A stretch of DNA of 64,000 bases from Phoronis australis (taxonomy: Eukaryota > Animalia > Phoronida): contig NMRA01000072.1 in NCBI GenBank assembly GCA_002633005.1, positions 919,957 to 983,956 on the forward strand. The letters run 5' to 3'. Position numbers and translations under genes: made by a program. Numbering within the stretch: the stretch's first letter is position 1; each line of letters opens with the position of its first letter. The notes beneath the pieces are model-generated. The model made no database searches. It was not told where the DNA came from and saw nothing but the letters and a program-made list of their open reading frames with translations. Positions 62,780-64,000 of this stretch are shown one piece after another.

Positions 62780-63277
62780 CAGGGCTTGGAATTTTCCGCG
62801 GAAACGCGGATATCCGCTTTTTTCAAATGTGCTTTCCGCTTTTTTTATAATATTTCCGCGTAAAAAAATCGGATTTGATATAAAATTTGCGCGGCAAATT
62901 CCTTCCTTACCGCGGCGTTGCACACGACGTTCACCTCGAAAAGCGGAAGTTGCTCTTTATGTTTCGGAGAAACGTAAATTGTCAACATTGCCGGGGCATC
63001 TTGGACAGCGTGGTGGGATTTTCAATGGCGTCTCGTGTTATTGTTAAGCGCGGCGACAAATACTACCGCTTTGCGGGTTGGGAGTGGACGGGCGAGCTAA
63101 AAGGACGCAGACGCATGCTACTGACGGTAGTAACGTTTTTTTTTTTTTTTTAGTCCTCCCGATTTTTGTCGGGGGAAGGTTCACATTGACCATTTCAAGG
63201 CTGGTTGTCGGGCATGATTTGGGCCGTAAAAGTTTCAAAGTTTCCGCGTTTTTTGTCATTGGCCATTCCAAGCCCTG
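62780..63277. mobile_element. hAT-like MITE with a 13-bp perfect TIR and an apparent 6-bp TSD
   Basis: AGAAAT|CAGGGCTTGGAAT...ATTCCAAGCCCTG|AGAAAT, with subterminal TTCCGCG motifs; lies in DAD1 intron 1. Confidence 0.8.
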
Positions 63278-64000
63278 AGAAATTCACTTCTGGCAATTTG
63301 TTGTGAACTGTGAGGAAATGTGGAAAATGGACTGAAGAATCAGCAAAAACAGAAATTGGCCAATAGCTATTTCACCGTTCTCTAAGTTTACTCATATGAT
63401 ATCTCCACAAATTCAGTTACTCAATAATGGATGAGTAGCATTGTTTTCTCGTCGGTAACCAAGTTAGTTTAGTCAAGGTAGAGTGTAACCATGTTTGGAA
63501 ACCTGGACGGTTATGTTTGAAAAGCTCTTGTGCAGCGACTGAGAACCCTGAGCTTTTTCAGCTTTACAATGATTGAAATGAATGGTGGTATTTATTTTTA
63601 TTTATTTAATGTAAAATTGATGGTGACAATCACATGTTTTAGCATGTGAAAATAACATGTAACTGTTGTTGTTGTTGATGAATTAGCTGAAAGGAATATT
63701 TAAACTCAAAAACAAAGAATCAGAATGCAATGAAGTTGCTTTGGAAGGGCAAACACACCTGATGGTTTTTAACAGAAGAATATAGTATACACTGGCTTTA
63801 ACAAAAATCAGTGATTTAGTGTTTCAAGACGATGTTAAAATGACTGAATCTATAAATAGGTTATTTGGGCTGTTCCTGTAAAAAATGTATGGGAGGGTGG
63901 GGAAGGCACTTTCATTTCTTATCCACCACCCATATTTTTCTTTTCTTTTTCCAACCCACGACCCATAACTTTTAATTATGTTGAAACATAAAATGCGGTT

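Noticed and set aside
1-64000. Prokaryotic systems (operons, CRISPR arrays, defence islands)
   Set aside because: The DNA is eukaryotic with spliced genes. No repeat-spacer array exists; the 133-bp and 21-bp repeats have no unique spacers between identical repeats.

Overview
This is eukaryotic DNA, most likely from an invertebrate bilaterian (GT-AG introns, mosaic CpG depletion, many MITEs), so most of the supplied ORF track is noise. Four protein-coding genes can be reconstructed. (1) A 73-nt first coding exon on the minus strand (5593-5665) encodes the NuRD-recruiting motif MSRRKQxxP, probably a spalt/Sall gene running off the left edge. (2) A multi-exon ZFP64 orthologue lies on the minus strand (ATG 51495), with extra downstream exons out to about 28.8 kb that give alternative C-termini. 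(3) A ZNF507 orthologue has a single 3.36-kb coding exon (55708-59064, minus). (4) DAD1 exon 1 (61343-61553, plus) sits head-to-head with ZNF507. The order Sall-Zfp64-Znf507-Dad1 joins genes whose vertebrate counterparts are scattered over the SALL/TSHZ paralogons, including the SALL2...DAD1 pair that flanks the TCR alpha/delta locus. The rest is an approx. 21-kb gene-free, CpG-retaining region upstream of the Sall-like gene plus many non-autonomous DNA transposons: Harbinger-, hAT- and Kolobok-like, and a TA-flanked element carrying a HIRAN-like relic. There is also a decayed hAT transposase, a tRNA-derived SINE head and two single-N assembly joins. Orthology calls rest on my recall of the human proteins; no database searches were run.
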